42,922 bases of DNA from a virus (taxonomy: Duplodnaviria > Heunggongvirae > Uroviricota > Caudoviricetes): IMG/VR virus record IMGVR_UViG_2728369185_000014. One strand, given 5' to 3'. This document shows, piece by piece, positions 1-9,543 of this stretch (positions are counted from its first letter, which is position 1; the number at the start of each line of letters is the position of its first letter). The position numbers were made by a program, and so were the translations under genes. The notes under the pieces are model-generated. The model did not search any database and was not told the origin of the DNA. It worked only from the letters and a program-made list of their open reading frames with translations.

Positions 1-1143
1 CTATGCTGTTTTGATATCTACGATAATCCAGTCTTTACCACGATCATCATTGTATCGGTCGGTCATTTTTCTGGATTTATGGCCTAACAACTTTTGCGTA
101 TCCAGACCCTGTTCCCGATATAACCGTTCTGACAGAGATCGCTGCTCATGAAATGTGGGCGCAGTTCCTTGCTCCCATTTTATGCCACATTTTTCCCGGG
201 CCTTTTTAAAAGCCGTTGTCAGAGTATTCGCAGAAACCTGGTCTCCTCTGTTTGCTTGAGAGGTAGTGTGACGGTAATGGACCAGATATTTACTAACAAC
301 AGCATCCCTGCACTGAGATATAACTTCACGAAGGGTAATATTCAGAGCATCGCATTTCAGGTTAAGCGGAATAGCAAGTTTTGAACCGGTTTTTTCCTGA
401 GTAATGTGCAACATGTCGTCCCATATATCAGAGAATTTCAAATTGCAGATATCGCCTAAACGTTGTCCAGTAACAAGAGCAAGTAGCATGCCGCATTTTA
501 AATAGGGCTGCCGTCTGCTTACGCTGTCAAATATTGCCTGCCATTCGGGCAGTGACAATCTTTGGCGGTTTACTCGATTTCGCGGTTGTTTTGTTGCCTG
601 CGCTGGGTTAAATCCTGGCGGAACATGTCCTGCGTGTTGTGCTTCTTTGAAGACGTCGATCAACACCATTCTCACGACTTGCGCCATCCTGTTATGACCT
701 TCAGCCTTTACAGCATCAATTATTTCGGCAATATCAAGTGCGGTAATATCCTTGAGGTGTTGCATTCCACAATGCTCACGGAAAAGACGAATGGGTTTGC
801 CTTTTTGCCGATAGGAGTTGGGTCTTAGTTCATTATGTTGCAGCCTGTCCTCTTGGATAGAAATATATTTATCAAGCCATTCTGTCACCGTAATGTCTGA
901 GCGCCTGCCTTTCATTCTTTCCAGACGCTCATTGACGCTTAATATTTGTCTGGTACGTTGTTCAGCAATAATGGTATTTGCTTCAGTAGCAACTTGTTTT
1001 GCTTCATTCTCATCAGTTCCTAAGCTATGAAAACGACCGGATAGTGGATGTTTGTATTGCCAATATACCTTTCCGGTTCGCTTATCTAATTTGCAATATA
1101 AATTGGGTATAGAGATTTTGTGAGATCGGGGTCTAGCAGCCAT
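1..1143 (-). CDS. int: Prophage tyrosine integrase
   Basis: 380-aa ORF at the prophage left end; C-terminal region (...LLGHKSRKMTDRY...) looks like the catalytic end of lambda-family tyrosine recombinases; start overlaps the xis-like gene. Confidence 0.85.
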   Translation of the reverse strand: MAARPRSHKISIPNLYCKLDKRTGKVYWQYKHPLSGRFHSLGTDENEAKQVATEANTIIAEQRTRQILSVNERLERMKGRRSDITVTEWLDKYISIQEDRLQHNELRPNSYRQKGKPIRLFREHCGMQHLKDITALDIAEIIDAVKAEGHNRMAQVVRMVLIDVFKEAQHAGHVPPGFNPAQATKQPRNRVNRQRLSLPEWQAIFDSVSRRQPYLKCGMLLALVTGQRLGDICNLKFSDIWDDMLHITQEKTGSKLAIPLNLKCDALNITLREVISQCRDAVVSKYLVHYRHTTSQANRGDQVSANTLTTAFKKAREKCGIKWEQGTAPTFHEQRSLSERLYREQGLDTQKLLGHKSRKMTDRYNDDRGKDWIIVDIKTA

Positions 1144-1369
1144 CAGCGATTATCCTTTGGAGTTTTGGGTTTGCGTTTATTGGGAGTTGCGGTTCTGCAA
1201 GCGTTCCTACAAAACGGGAATTTCGGTCAATCATCCAGTAGCGACCAACTTTTATAGCGGGTGGGGCCATCATTTTCCCTTGCGCGTATTTTTTCAGAAC
1301 TCGCTCACTTGGTGCTAAGTCCCCAAATTCTTCTTTAGCCCAGTCCTGTAAAGTGATTAGTCGAGACAT
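1133..1369 (-). CDS. xis: Excisionase-like DNA-binding protein
   Basis: 78-aa ORF directly upstream of int and overlapping it by 11 nt (classic xis-int arrangement); sequence is not lambda Xis. Confidence 0.6.
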   Translation of the reverse strand: MSRLITLQDWAKEEFGDLAPSERVLKKYAQGKMMAPPAIKVGRYWMIDRNSRFVGTLAEPQLPINANPKLQRIIADGC

Positions 1370-1508
1370 TTGTCCTCCTCTTAGCTGCTGAGGGAGTTTG
1401 TGACCGATATATCTGACATGATATTAAGCTCATGGCAGGTACATCTCTTGACTGGTCATAGAGATAAATTTAATGCTGAGAAATGCAGTATTGAATTTAT
1501 CAATTTTT

Positions 1509-1748
1509 CTATTTCCTGCGCATGTCACGTAACTTCTTAATGTGTTCTGCCGTTTCGATCTCTTCTGCTATCCGATCTGCATCAGCTTTATTCACAGGTT
1601 CAAAGTCATGATTAAAGCGGAACATGCTGGCGATACATGTTCTGCCTTTTCGGATGTAGTGAACTTTGTTGTGGGTAGAACGCAGGATTTTGCAGGGAGT
1701 GCCGTGGTGGTCGACGTACCAGGTGTTAGGGTCAATCACTCTGAACAT
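1509..1748 (-). CDS. Hypothetical early-left phage protein (79 aa)
   Basis: ORF on the same strand as the early-left operon; no motif recognised. Confidence 0.4.
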   Translation of the reverse strand: MFRVIDPNTWYVDHHGTPCKILRSTHNKVHYIRKGRTCIASMFRFNHDFEPVNKADADRIAEEIETAEHIKKLRDMRRK

Positions 1749-2061
1749 TCTTGACCTTGTGTTGTGCGGATTGATATTCAGTGCTGATATTCACCTTTAT
1801 AGCGAACACCTTTACCGGTTTATCGCCAAAGTGCGGATGTGTGATTGTCTTCACTTCATATCCGTCATACGGAACATCAATTCTGCGACTGGAATCGTCG
1901 CGCTTCGGATATCCCTTTGTGATAATCAGGCGGTCATATTCCCGGAACATAATTCGCTTATTCCAGTAGTCATTACACAAGCGATACTCTTCCGTTTTCT
2001 CTCCGCGAATCATGGCATCGAAGTATTCACTTTTAACAGCAAGTTGCAGGTTAGCCATCAC
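1732..2061 (-). CDS. ASCH-domain-like protein (109 aa)
   Basis: N-terminal ...LAVKSEYFDAMIRGEKTEEYR... resembles the G-x-K-x-x-E-x-R signature of ASCH domains; tentative. Confidence 0.45.
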   Translation of the reverse strand: MMANLQLAVKSEYFDAMIRGEKTEEYRLCNDYWNKRIMFREYDRLIITKGYPKRDDSSRRIDVPYDGYEVKTITHPHFGDKPVKVFAIKVNISTEYQSAQHKVKNVQSD

Positions 2062-2279
2062 TTAATCCCCCTTTGTTTGCGGATAAGCTCCAGATCTTGC
2101 TGGCAACTGGCGCAAGTCCGACAACCCTGAACGGCCAGGCGTCTTCGTTCATCTATCGGATCGCCACACTCACAACAATGAGTGGCAGATACAGCCAGGT
2201 AGTTCAGGCGGCGCATTTTTATTGCTGTGTTGCGCTGTAATTCTTCTATTTCTGATGCTGAATCAATGATGTCTGCCAT
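2058..2279 (-). CDS. TraR/DksA-family C4 zinc-finger protein
   Basis: 73 aa with CxxC...CxxC spacing (CCECGDPIDERRRLAVQGCRTCASC) typical of phage TraR/DksA-like proteins. Confidence 0.7.
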   Translation of the reverse strand: MADIIDSASEIEELQRNTAIKMRRLNYLAVSATHCCECGDPIDERRRLAVQGCRTCASCQQDLELIRKQRGIK

Positions 2280-2659
2280 CTTTCATTAATCCCTGAACTG
2301 TTGGTTAATACGCTTGAGGGTGAATGCGAACAATAAAAAAGGAGCCTGTAGCTCCCTGATAATTTTGCTTTTCATGTTCATCGTTCCTTAAAGACGCCGT
2401 TTAACATGCCGATTGCCAGGCTTAAATGAGTCGGTGTGAATCCCTTCAGCGTTACCGTTTCGCGGTGCTTCTTCAGTACGCTACGGCAAATGTCATTGAC
2501 GTTTTTGGAAACTGCTGTCTGACTTTTTTGATTTCAGAATTAGCCTGACGGGCAATGCTGCGAAGGGCGTTTTCTTGCTGAGGTGTCACTGAACAAGCCC
2601 CATGTCGGCAAGCATAAGCACACAGAATATGAAGCCCGCTGCCAGAAAAATGCATTCAG

Positions 2660-2771
2660 NNNNNNNNNNNNNNNNNNNNNNNNNNNNNNNNNNNNNNNNN
2701 NNNNNNNNNNNNNNNNNNNNNNNNNNNNNNNNNNNNNNNNNNNNNNNNNNNNNNNNNNNNNNNNNNNNNNN
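2660..2771. other. Assembly gap (112 N)
   Basis: Run of n characters. Confidence 0.99.
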
Positions 2772-2786
2772 AATCAATACTCGTTC

Positions 2787-2975
2787 TTAACTCAACAGGA
2801 GATGCTTTGTGCATACCGCCCCCCGTTTATTATTTATCTCCTCAGCCAGCCGCTGGGCTTTCAGCGGATTTCGGATAACAGAAAGACCGTGAAATACCCA
2901 GCCTCGCTTTGTAACGGAGTAGACGAAAGTGATCGCGCCTACCCGGATATTATCGTGAGGATGGGTCATCGCCAT
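2787..2975 (-). CDS. Small early-left protein (lambda orf60a-like)
   Basis: 62-aa ORF immediately upstream of and overlapping exo; resembles the small ORF at this position in lambda, from memory. Confidence 0.5.
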   Translation of the reverse strand: MAMTHPHDNIRVGAITFVYSVTKRGWVFHGLSVIRNPLKAQRLAEEINNKRGAVCTKHLLLS

Positions 2976-3646
2976 TGCTCTCCAAATACAAAACCAATTT
3001 CAGCCAGTGCTTCGTCCATTTTTTCGATGAACTCCGGCACCATCTCGTCAAAACTCGCCATGTACTTTTCATCCCGCTCAACCACGACATAATGCAGGCC
3101 TTCACGCTTCATTCGTGGGTCATAGTTGGCAAAGTACCAGGCATCTTTTCGTGTCACCCACATGCTGTACTGCACCTGGGCCATGTAAGCCGACTTTATG
3201 GCCTCGAAACCACCGAGCCGGAACTTCATGAAATCCCGGGAGGTAAACGGGCATTTCAGCTCAAGGCCATTGCCGTCACTGCATAAACCATCGGGAGAGC
3301 AGGCGGTGCGCATACTTTCGTCGCGATAGATGATCGGGGATTCAGTAACATTCACGCCGGAAGTGAATTCAAACAGGGTTCTGGCGTCGTTCTCGTACTG
3401 TTTTCCCCACGCCAGCGCCTTAGCATTAACTTCCGGAGCCACACCGGTGCAAACCTCAGCCAGCAGGGTGTGGAAGTAGGACATTTTCATGTCAGGCCAC
3501 TTCTTTCCTGAGCGGGGCTTTGCTATCACGTTGTGAACTTCTGAAGCGGTGATGACGCCGAGCCGTAATTTGTGCCATGCATCATCCCCCTGTTCGACAG
3601 CTCTCACGTCGATCCCGGTACGCTGCAGGATAATGTCCGGTATCAT
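2966..3646 (-). CDS. exo: Lambda exonuclease (Red-alpha, 5'-3' dsDNA exonuclease)
   Basis: 226-aa protein matching my recollection of lambda Exo almost throughout ([40 protein letters not shown]...GEQWR). Confidence 0.95.
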   Translation of the reverse strand: MIPDIILQRTGIDVRAVEQGDDAWHKLRLGVITASEVHNVIAKPRSGKKWPDMKMSYFHTLLAEVCTGVAPEVNAKALAWGKQYENDARTLFEFTSGVNVTESPIIYRDESMRTACSPDGLCSDGNGLELKCPFTSRDFMKFRLGGFEAIKSAYMAQVQYSMWVTRKDAWYFANYDPRMKREGLHYVVVERDEKYMASFDEMVPEFIEKMDEALAEIGFVFGEQWR

Positions 3647-4428
3647 GCTGCCACCTTCTGCTCAGTGGCTTTCTGTTTCAGGAATCCAAGAGCTTTCACT
3701 GCTTCGGCCTGTGTCAGTTCTGACGATGCGCGAATGTCGCGGCGAAATATCTGGGAACAGAGCGGCAATAAGTCGTCATCCCATGTTTTGTCCAGGGCAA
3801 TCAGCAGAGTGTTAATCTCCTGCATGGTTTCATCGTTAACCGGAGTGATGTCGCGTTCCGGCTGACGTTCTGCAGTGTATGCGGTATTTTCGACAATGCG
3901 CTCGGCTTCATCCTTGTCATAGATACCAGCAAATCCGAAGGCCAGACGGGCACACTGAATCATGGCTTTATGCCGTAACATCCGTTTGGGATGCGACTGC
4001 CACGGCCCCGTGATTTCTCTGCCTTCGCGGGTTTTGAATGGTTCGCGGCGGCATTCATCCATCCACTCGGTAACGCAGATCGGATGATTGCGGTCTTTGC
4101 GGTAAATCCGGCATGTACATGATTCATTGTCCTGCTCAAAGTCCATACCATCAAACTGCTGGTTTTCATTGATGATGCGGGACCAGCCATCAACGCCCAC
4201 CACCGGAACAATGCCGTTCTGCTTATCAGGGAAGGCGTAAATTTCTTTCGTCCACGGATTAAGGCCGTACTGGTTGGCGACGATCAACAATGCGATGAAC
4301 TGCGCATCGCTGGCATCACCTTTAAATGCCGTCTGGCGAAGAGTGGTGATCAGTTCCTGTGGGTCGACAGAATCCATGCCGACACGTTCAGCCAGCTTCC
4401 CTGCCAGCGTTGCGAGTGCTGTACTCAT
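3643..4428 (-). CDS. bet: Lambda Bet (Red-beta single-strand annealing protein)
   Basis: 261-aa protein, near-identical to lambda Beta as I recall it; start overlaps the exo stop. Confidence 0.95.
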   Translation of the reverse strand: MSTALATLAGKLAERVGMDSVDPQELITTLRQTAFKGDASDAQFIALLIVANQYGLNPWTKEIYAFPDKQNGIVPVVGVDGWSRIINENQQFDGMDFEQDNESCTCRIYRKDRNHPICVTEWMDECRREPFKTREGREITGPWQSHPKRMLRHKAMIQCARLAFGFAGIYDKDEAERIVENTAYTAERQPERDITPVNDETMQEINTLLIALDKTWDDDLLPLCSQIFRRDIRASSELTQAEAVKALGFLKQKATEQKVAA

Positions 4429-4433
4429 CCGTT

Positions 4434-4730
4434 TTATACCTCTGAATCAATATCAGCCTGATGGTGAGCAATGGTTTCAACTATGTACCGGATGTGTTCT
4501 GCCATGCGCTCCTGAAACTCAACATCGTCATCAAACGCACGGGTAATGGCTTTTTTGCTGGCCCCGTGGCGTTGTAAATGATCGATGCATAGCGATTCAA
4601 ACAGGTGCTGGGGCAGGCCTTTTTCCATGTCGTCTGCCAGTTCTGCCTCTTTCTCTTCACGGGCGATCTGCTGGTAGTGACGCGCCCAGCTCTGAGCCTC
4701 AAGACGATCCTGAATGTAATAAGCGTTCAT
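4434..4730 (-). CDS. gam: Gam, short isoform (RecBCD inhibitor)
   Basis: 98 aa, [21 protein letters not shown]... matches lambda GamS; the upstream extension for the long isoform is out of frame here (see findings). Confidence 0.9.
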   Translation of the reverse strand: MNAYYIQDRLEAQSWARHYQQIAREEKEAELADDMEKGLPQHLFESLCIDHLQRHGASKKAITRAFDDDVEFQERMAEHIRYIVETIAHHQADIDSEV

Positions 4731-4805
4731 GGCTGAACTCCTGAAAATGGCTGTGAAAATATCGCCCGCGAAATGCCAGGCTGATTAGGAAAACAGGAAA
4801 GGGGG

Positions 4806-4949
4806 TTAGTGAATGCTTTTGCTTGATCTCAGTTTCAGTATTAATATCCATTTTTTATAAGCGTCGACGGCCTCACGAAACATCTTTTCATCGCCAATAA
4901 AAGTGGCGATAGTGAATTTAGTCTGGATAGCCATAATTGTTTGATCCAT
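4806..4949 (-). CDS. kil: Kil (host cell-division inhibitor)
   Basis: 47-aa [50 protein letters not shown] nested in the 89-aa track ORF; matches lambda Kil; start placed by hand. Confidence 0.75.
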   Translation of the reverse strand: MDQTIMAIQTKFTIATFIGDEKMFREAVDAYKKWILILKLRSSKSIH

Positions 4950-5082
4950 TTTTTGGGACTCCTGGCTGATTAAGTATGTCGATAAGGCGTTTCCATCCGT
5001 CACGTAATTTACGGGTGATTCGTTCAAGTAAAGATTCGGAAGGGCAGCCAGCAACAGGCCACCCTGCAATGGCATATTGCAT
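4918..5082 (-). CDS. cIII: CIII (inhibitor of FtsH-mediated CII degradation)
   Basis: 54-aa [51 protein letters not shown].. translated by hand from the minus strand; below the 60-aa track cutoff; overlaps the kil start as in lambda. Confidence 0.75.
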   Translation of the reverse strand: MQYAIAGWPVAGCPSESLLERITRKLRDGWKRLIDILNQPGVPKNGSNNYGYPD

Positions 5083-5154
5083 GGTGTGCTCCTTATTTAT
5101 ACATAACGAAAAACGCCTCGAGTGAAGCGTAATTGGTATGCGGTAACGCCGCGC

Positions 5155-5523
5155 TCAGGCGGCCTTGATAGTCATATCATCTGAATCAAATATTCCTGAT
5201 GTATCGATATCGGTAATTCTTATTCCTTCACTACCATCCATTGGAGGCCATCCTTCCTGACCATTTCCATCATTCCAGTCGAACTCACACACAACACCAT
5301 ATGCATTTAAGTCGCTTGAAATTGCTATAAGCAGAGCATGTTGCGCCAGCATGATTAATACAGCATTTAATACAGAGCCGTGTTTATTGAGTCGGTATTC
5401 AGAGTCTGACCAGAAATTATTAATCTGGTGAAGTTTTTCCTCTGTCATTACGTCATGGTCAATTTCAATTTCTATTGATGCTTTCCAGTCGTAATCAATG
5501 ATGTATTTTTTGATGTTTGACAT
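5155..5523 (-). CDS. ea10: Ea10-like early protein
   Basis: 122-aa acidic protein (MSNIKKYIIDYDWKASIEIEIDHDVMTEEKL...) matching lambda Ea10 as I recall it. Confidence 0.75.
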   Translation of the reverse strand: MSNIKKYIIDYDWKASIEIEIDHDVMTEEKLHQINNFWSDSEYRLNKHGSVLNAVLIMLAQHALLIAISSDLNAYGVVCEFDWNDGNGQEGWPPMDGSEGIRITDIDTSGIFDSDDMTIKAA

Positions 5524-5705
5524 CTATTCATATCCTCATAGATAAAAAATCGCCCTCACACTGGAGGGCAAAGAAGATTTCCAATAATCAGAACAAGTCG
5601 GCTCCTGTTTAGTTACGAGCGACATTGCTCCGTGTATTCACTCGTTGGAATGAATACACAGTGCAGTGTTTATTCTGTTATTTATGCCAAAAATAAAGGC
5701 CACTA

Positions 5706-5906
5706 TCAGGCAGCTTTGTTGTTCTGTTTACCAAGTTCTCTGGCAATCATTGCCGTCGTTCGTATTGCCCATTTATCGACATATTTCCCATCTTCCATTA
5801 CAGGAAACATTTCTTCAGGCTTAACCATGCATTCCGATTGCAGCTTGCATCCATTGCATCGTTTGAATTGTCCACACCATTGATTTGTATCAATAGTCGT
5901 AGTCAT
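5706..5906 (-). CDS. ral: Ral (restriction alleviation protein)
   Basis: 66 aa MTTTIDTNQWCGQFKRCNGCKLQSECMVKPEE... matching lambda Ral. Confidence 0.85.
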   Translation of the reverse strand: MTTTIDTNQWCGQFKRCNGCKLQSECMVKPEEMFPVMEDGKYVDKWAIRTTAMIARELGKQNNKAA

Positions 5907-5976
5907 ACGGATAGTCCTGGTATTGTTCCATCACATCTTGAGGATGCTCTTCGAACTCTTCAAATTCTTCTTCCAT
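5890..5976 (-). CDS. Small acidic ORF (lambda orf28-like)
   Basis: 28-codon ORF MEEEFEEFEEHPQDVMEQYQDYPYDYDY read by hand; its stop overlaps the ral start. Confidence 0.4.
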   Translation of the reverse strand: MEEEFEEFEEHPQDVMEQYQDYPYDYDY

Positions 5977-6119
5977 ATATCACCTTAAAGAGTGGATTGC
6001 GGTAGTAAAGATTGTGCCTGTCTTTTAACCACATCAGGCTCGGTGGTTCTCGTGTACCCCTACAACGAGAAATCGGATAAACTCTATTCACCCCTACAGA
6101 GAGCAAAAGAGAAACGCCG

Positions 6120-6701
6120 ATGAACAACTCATGGTGGCAGGAACTAATGCATTTTTTCCTGCAAGGAATGACACTTAAACAGTTGATTCATATGCTAATC
6201 ATCCTGATCATATTGATTATTGTTATGCCGGTAAGCGTAAAAGAATGGATAAACCTGCATAATCCAGAAATCCTTCCTCATTACTGGATGTATTACATCC
6301 TGTTGTTTTGCGTTAGCTATGTGCTTAACGGCGTTGTTAATTCCGCTTATCACGCTGTGACTGAAAGAATTGAGGTATTCGCTGCTCAGAAGCGCAAATC
6401 TAAAGAAGAAAAATATGTGCAAGATTTGTTTGATTCGTTAACTCTTGGAGAAAGAGCGTATTTGGCATTCGCTGTAGCCGCTAATAACCAGCTACAAACG
6501 GAAAAGGGCGCTCATGAATCAATTTCATTGCTCAAAAAAGGACTCCTCGTTCGAAGGCCTCCTGCTGTTGGATATCCTGATACCGACCGTTTCGTTATCC
6601 CTGAAAGCTATAGACATGAGTGCTACATTAGGTTTGCCGGGAAGGCAGACAGCCTTATGGATGAACTTATCGCTCAGGATAAGCATGGCAAAAACAAGTA
6701 A
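6120..6701 (+). CDS. sieB: SieB superinfection-exclusion protein
   Basis: 193 aa with an N-terminal membrane segment (MLIILIILIIVMPV), matching lambda SieB; plus-strand, opposite to the flanking early genes. Confidence 0.85.
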   Translation: MNNSWWQELMHFFLQGMTLKQLIHMLIILIILIIVMPVSVKEWINLHNPEILPHYWMYYILLFCVSYVLNGVVNSAYHAVTERIEVFAAQKRKSKEEKYVQDLFDSLTLGERAYLAFAVAANNQLQTEKGAHESISLLKKGLLVRRPPAVGYPDTDRFVIPESYRHECYIRFAGKADSLMDELIAQDKHGKNK

Positions 6702-6717
6702 TTAGCAAATGAATTTA

Positions 6718-6990
6718 TCATCTCGCCGTCAGTTGTTTTGATTTCCGGTAGCCTGCCGCGTAAAGAGCTACGTTCGGAAGACAAGTTGAACCTTCATATT
6801 TTCTGGTCAACGTTGTCAGAGTTATCACTTCTGCTCTCATTGCTGGTTTGAGCTTGCATTGCAAGACCACTCGTGAAGGGGTTGGCCTGTGTAGCTTGTC
6901 GGAGCTGATCGCCTCCTGACTTTGCAGATTTGCGCGACGAGCTCTACGGCGAGAAGCTGCGGTGCCTTTAAATTCTGTTTTTCTGGACAT
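6718..6990 (-). CDS. N: N-like transcription antiterminator (non-lambda specificity)
   Basis: 90-aa basic protein with an arginine-rich motif near the N-terminus (KGTAASRRRARRANL) like N-protein boxB-binding motifs; sits between sieB and the left operator as N does in lambda; start taken at the internal Met of the track ORF. Confidence 0.65.
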   Translation of the reverse strand: MSRKTEFKGTAASRRRARRANLQSQEAISSDKLHRPTPSRVVLQCKLKPAMRAEVITLTTLTRKYEGSTCLPNVALYAAGYRKSKQLTAR

Positions 6991-7106
6991 GGATTCCTCC
7001 CGAATAAACTTTGGCGATGCAATCTCGAAGCTCCTCCTGAGACGGTTGCTTCGGCATTGCATCCCACAGCTTATGTGGTTGGGTGATCTGGCTTTTCAGC
7101 CACGTA

Positions 7107-7133
7107 GTCGAGAGTCGACGTTGTTTAAAGAGC
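7107..7133 (-). promoter_or_regulatory. Putative nutL (boxA plus boxB hairpin)
   Basis: On the minus strand, GCTCTTTAAACAA (boxA-like) followed by the inverted repeat GTCGACTCTCGAC, just upstream of N; placed by hand. Confidence 0.4.
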
Positions 7134-7149
7134 CTGCCAGTCTGTTCCA

Positions 7150-7260
7150 TTTGGCTTCCAGCGTCCTGCTGACGGTTAAATAGTACGATATGTACTTTAC
7201 AAGATCAATACAATTTGTTGTAAGTTGGCGTGGTTTTTTATAACGCTTTGTATTTAATAG
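7150..7260 (-). promoter_or_regulatory. Putative pL/oL region
   Basis: A 15-mer AAAGTACATAT(C/T)GTA is shared with the cI-cro intergenic region (9498..9512), consistent with a common repressor operator; promoter hexamers not confidently assigned. Confidence 0.4.
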
Positions 7261-7426
7261 TGTTGTTTTTTAGCGTGGATGTATTGCCTCGGCGATGTAA
7301 GGAGAGATCAGAATTGCGTGGTTTAGTGGGTTGCATCTATTTATTTTTCAATAAATATAATTGGTTATGTGTTTTTAGGTGGGCGAACGTGAGGCAAAGA
7401 AAACCCGGCGCTGAGGCCGGGTTGTA

Positions 7427-8179
7427 TTATGCTGCAAGTCTCTTAACCCAAGTCTCTCTTTTGGAGAATGGTAGAACTTGGCTTGATTCATGGAAGAGTA
7501 AGGAGAGTTGTTGCATTTGATCACCAATTGCTTCGCTGTCTATAACAACAAATCTGTTGTTATACTCCTCACTTGAAGCTTTAAGATCAATTAGTTTCCC
7601 AAGCAATGAGTAAGCACTATTCCAGCTTCCTCCGTGTTTCACGCTTGATGTAAAAACGTATTTAGGTATGTCGGTTTTTATTGTTACAGGGACGGTAATT
7701 TGATGTCCACTCAAGCCATATACGTTTTCACGAAGAGAAAGTGCGTCTCTAAGCTCTGTGTGATATAGATAATCAATAACCATACTTTCAAACTTTTCAG
7801 CTTGAACTGGCTGATACCAGTCTAACGACAAAGTTGATGCGAGTATACCAGCTCTAATTATGTTCGATGTAATCGCACCGACATCCTTTTCTGTTGCCCA
7901 AGCAATGATTTCTCCTCGAGCATTGAGTTCTGCGCCTTCTTTAAGCAGTAATTGTCGTATCTCATCAAGTCGTTTTTTGGTAAGCGAGATCCCTCTTGCC
8001 TCCATATTCATTAAGGCATCGCATCTGTCACTAACTAAATACCTACCATTGACTTCACGGATAAAGGCACCGACATGCTCTCCATCATCACAGTAAGTGA
8101 ATGGACTGATAATTCTCAAGGTCTTGCCTATTGGATGGCATTCGAAACCTAGTTGTGAGATCACTGTTGAGCACATCAT
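7427..8179 (-). CDS. Uncharacterised protein, second gene of the cassette in the rexAB position (250 aa)
   Basis: ORF whose start overlaps the stop of the upstream 185-aa ORF by 4 nt (ATGA); AT-rich; no transmembrane segment or catalytic motif recognised; not RexA/RexB-like. Confidence 0.6.
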   Translation of the reverse strand: MMCSTVISQLGFECHPIGKTLRIISPFTYCDDGEHVGAFIREVNGRYLVSDRCDALMNMEARGISLTKKRLDEIRQLLLKEGAELNARGEIIAWATEKDVGAITSNIIRAGILASTLSLDWYQPVQAEKFESMVIDYLYHTELRDALSLRENVYGLSGHQITVPVTIKTDIPKYVFTSSVKHGGSWNSAYSLLGKLIDLKASSEEYNNRFVVIDSEAIGDQMQQLSLLFHESSQVLPFSKRETWVKRLAA

Positions 8180-8733
8180 ATTCCAAACCCCATTTGCCCC
8201 GACTCATCTTCAAGCGGTAAAGGTATTCTCCCAGAGTAAGTTATGTTCAGATGTTTACAGAAGTAATTCCAATACCCTACCAGGTCATCTGGGTTTATGT
8301 CATCTTCGATTGGAAACGCTATTCTATCACTATAGTATCCAGCTTCTTCATAGTATACATGGTAGTGAGCACCGTAAATGATATCTTGGTACTTCGGATG
8401 ATCGACCTTGTAACTATTCGTGTGTTTGTCAAAGTGATAGGTATCTACCGCGAAAACCCTCTTGTTATGATAGAAAGCAATAATATTTATTTTAGGGTAA
8501 GAAATCGGGTCATCAGGTTCTGAATCCTGATCTGGTTTCCATTTCAGTTCAAACTTTAGCCCTTGTATAGGTATACAATCCTCATCCAAGGGGATGATAT
8601 GGGCTTGTAGCCACATATCAGAGCGACTTGGTTTCTGTTTCCATTTAACGCCAGAAAAGTTAACTATTTTTTTACAATAAAGTACTTTATCAACTTCTAC
8701 TTGGCTTGGCTGATAATCATCTATTTTTGCCAA
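8176..8733 (-). CDS. Uncharacterised protein, first gene of the cassette in the rexAB position (185 aa)
   Basis: Begins 39 bp downstream of the cI stop on the same strand; apparent TTG start; Tyr/His/Asp-rich soluble protein; no homologue recognised. Confidence 0.55.
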   Translation of the reverse strand: MAKIDDYQPSQVEVDKVLYCKKIVNFSGVKWKQKPSRSDMWLQAHIIPLDEDCIPIQGLKFELKWKPDQDSEPDDPISYPKINIIAFYHNKRVFAVDTYHFDKHTNSYKVDHPKYQDIIYGAHYHVYYEEAGYYSDRIAFPIEDDINPDDLVGYWNYFCKHLNITYSGRIPLPLEDESGQMGFGI

Positions 8734-8772
8734 TGTTTACCGCCCTGTAAATTGTAGATAAAAGTGGTTTCA

Positions 8773-9426
8773 TCACCCAAACGTCTCTTCAGGCCATTGG
8801 CTGGCGATAACTTTCCCCACAACGGAACAACTCTCATTGCATGGGATCATTGGGTATTGTGGGTTTAGTGGCTGTAGAAACACCTGACCGCTATCCCTGA
8901 TCAGTTTCTTGAAGGTAAATTCATCACCACCAAGTCTGGCTATGCAGAAATCGCCGGGCTCAACAGCTTGCTCAGGGTCAACCAGAATTAACATCCCGTC
9001 AGGAAAGCTGGGTTTGGAACCTGTTGGTGCGGTCATTGAGTTACCTTCAACCTCAAGCCAGAATGCAGAGTCACTGGCTTTTTTGGTTGTGCTTACCAAT
9101 CTCTCCGCATCGCCTTTGGTAAAGGTTCTGAGTTCTGGAGAGAACATCCCAGCCTGAACATGAGAAAAAACAGGGTACTCATATTGTTTTTTAACTGGGG
9201 CCGATGAGTATTCGCCAACAGGTGAAAATGTCCCGTCGTGGTTGAATGATATGTTATCAATACCAAGGTATTTAAACACCACACCAATATCACTAAGAGA
9301 TGGATGACGAGATCCGCGCAACCAGTGTCCAATCCCACCCTGCGTCATACCTAGCTCTTCGGCTAACTTCTCTTGAGTTATGCCGAGCTCTTTCATTCTG
9401 GATCTAGCCAGTTCATACCATTTCAT
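8773..9426 (-). CDS. cI: CI-type prophage repressor (S24 LexA-like peptidase domain)
   Basis: C-terminal ~130 aa match the lambda cI autocleavage/dimerisation domain (...[30 protein letters not shown]...WPEETFG); N-terminal HTH domain differs from lambda; start taken at the Met 7 nt after an AAGGA (9432 is an alternative). Confidence 0.85.
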   Translation of the reverse strand: MKWYELARSRMKELGITQEKLAEELGMTQGGIGHWLRGSRHPSLSDIGVVFKYLGIDNISFNHDGTFSPVGEYSSAPVKKQYEYPVFSHVQAGMFSPELRTFTKGDAERLVSTTKKASDSAFWLEVEGNSMTAPTGSKPSFPDGMLILVDPEQAVEPGDFCIARLGGDEFTFKKLIRDSGQVFLQPLNPQYPMIPCNESCSVVGKVIASQWPEETFG

Positions 9427-9543
9427 TTTCATGTCCTTATTATTACGCTCTGTACTGGAACCATCCATGCACAATGTGTATTTTTACTTGTATTCGCAAA
9501 GTACATATTGTATTTTTTTATTCGTGTTTACTATGGAGGGCAT
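9427..9543. promoter_or_regulatory. cI-cro divergent promoter/operator region (oR-like)
   Basis: Intergenic region between divergent cI and cro, with palindromic elements (TACTTGTATTCGCAAAGTA; AAAGTACATATTGTA) and a GGAGGG ribosome-binding site before cro. Confidence 0.55.

Noticed and set aside
1-1143. Window-start integrase as the satellite's integrase
   Set aside because: It sits at the prophage left end next to xis and the early-left operon, about 29 kb from the element, which has its own integrase at 30403..31638.
2583-3092. Track ORFs containing long runs of X (also 2586..2777, 2602..2790, 22841..23197, 23020..23286)
   Set aside because: They are artefacts of translating through N-runs; only the real bor fragment (22760..23040) was kept.
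4806-5075. 89-aa track ORF treated as one gene
   Set aside because: It is kil (47 aa) with a non-coding upstream extension; the real upstream gene is cIII in a different frame (4918..5082).
7427-8733. Calling the rex-position cassette rexA/rexB
   Set aside because: Sizes and order do not match (185 and 250 aa versus RexA 279 and RexB 144 aa), and neither protein has the four transmembrane helices expected of RexB.
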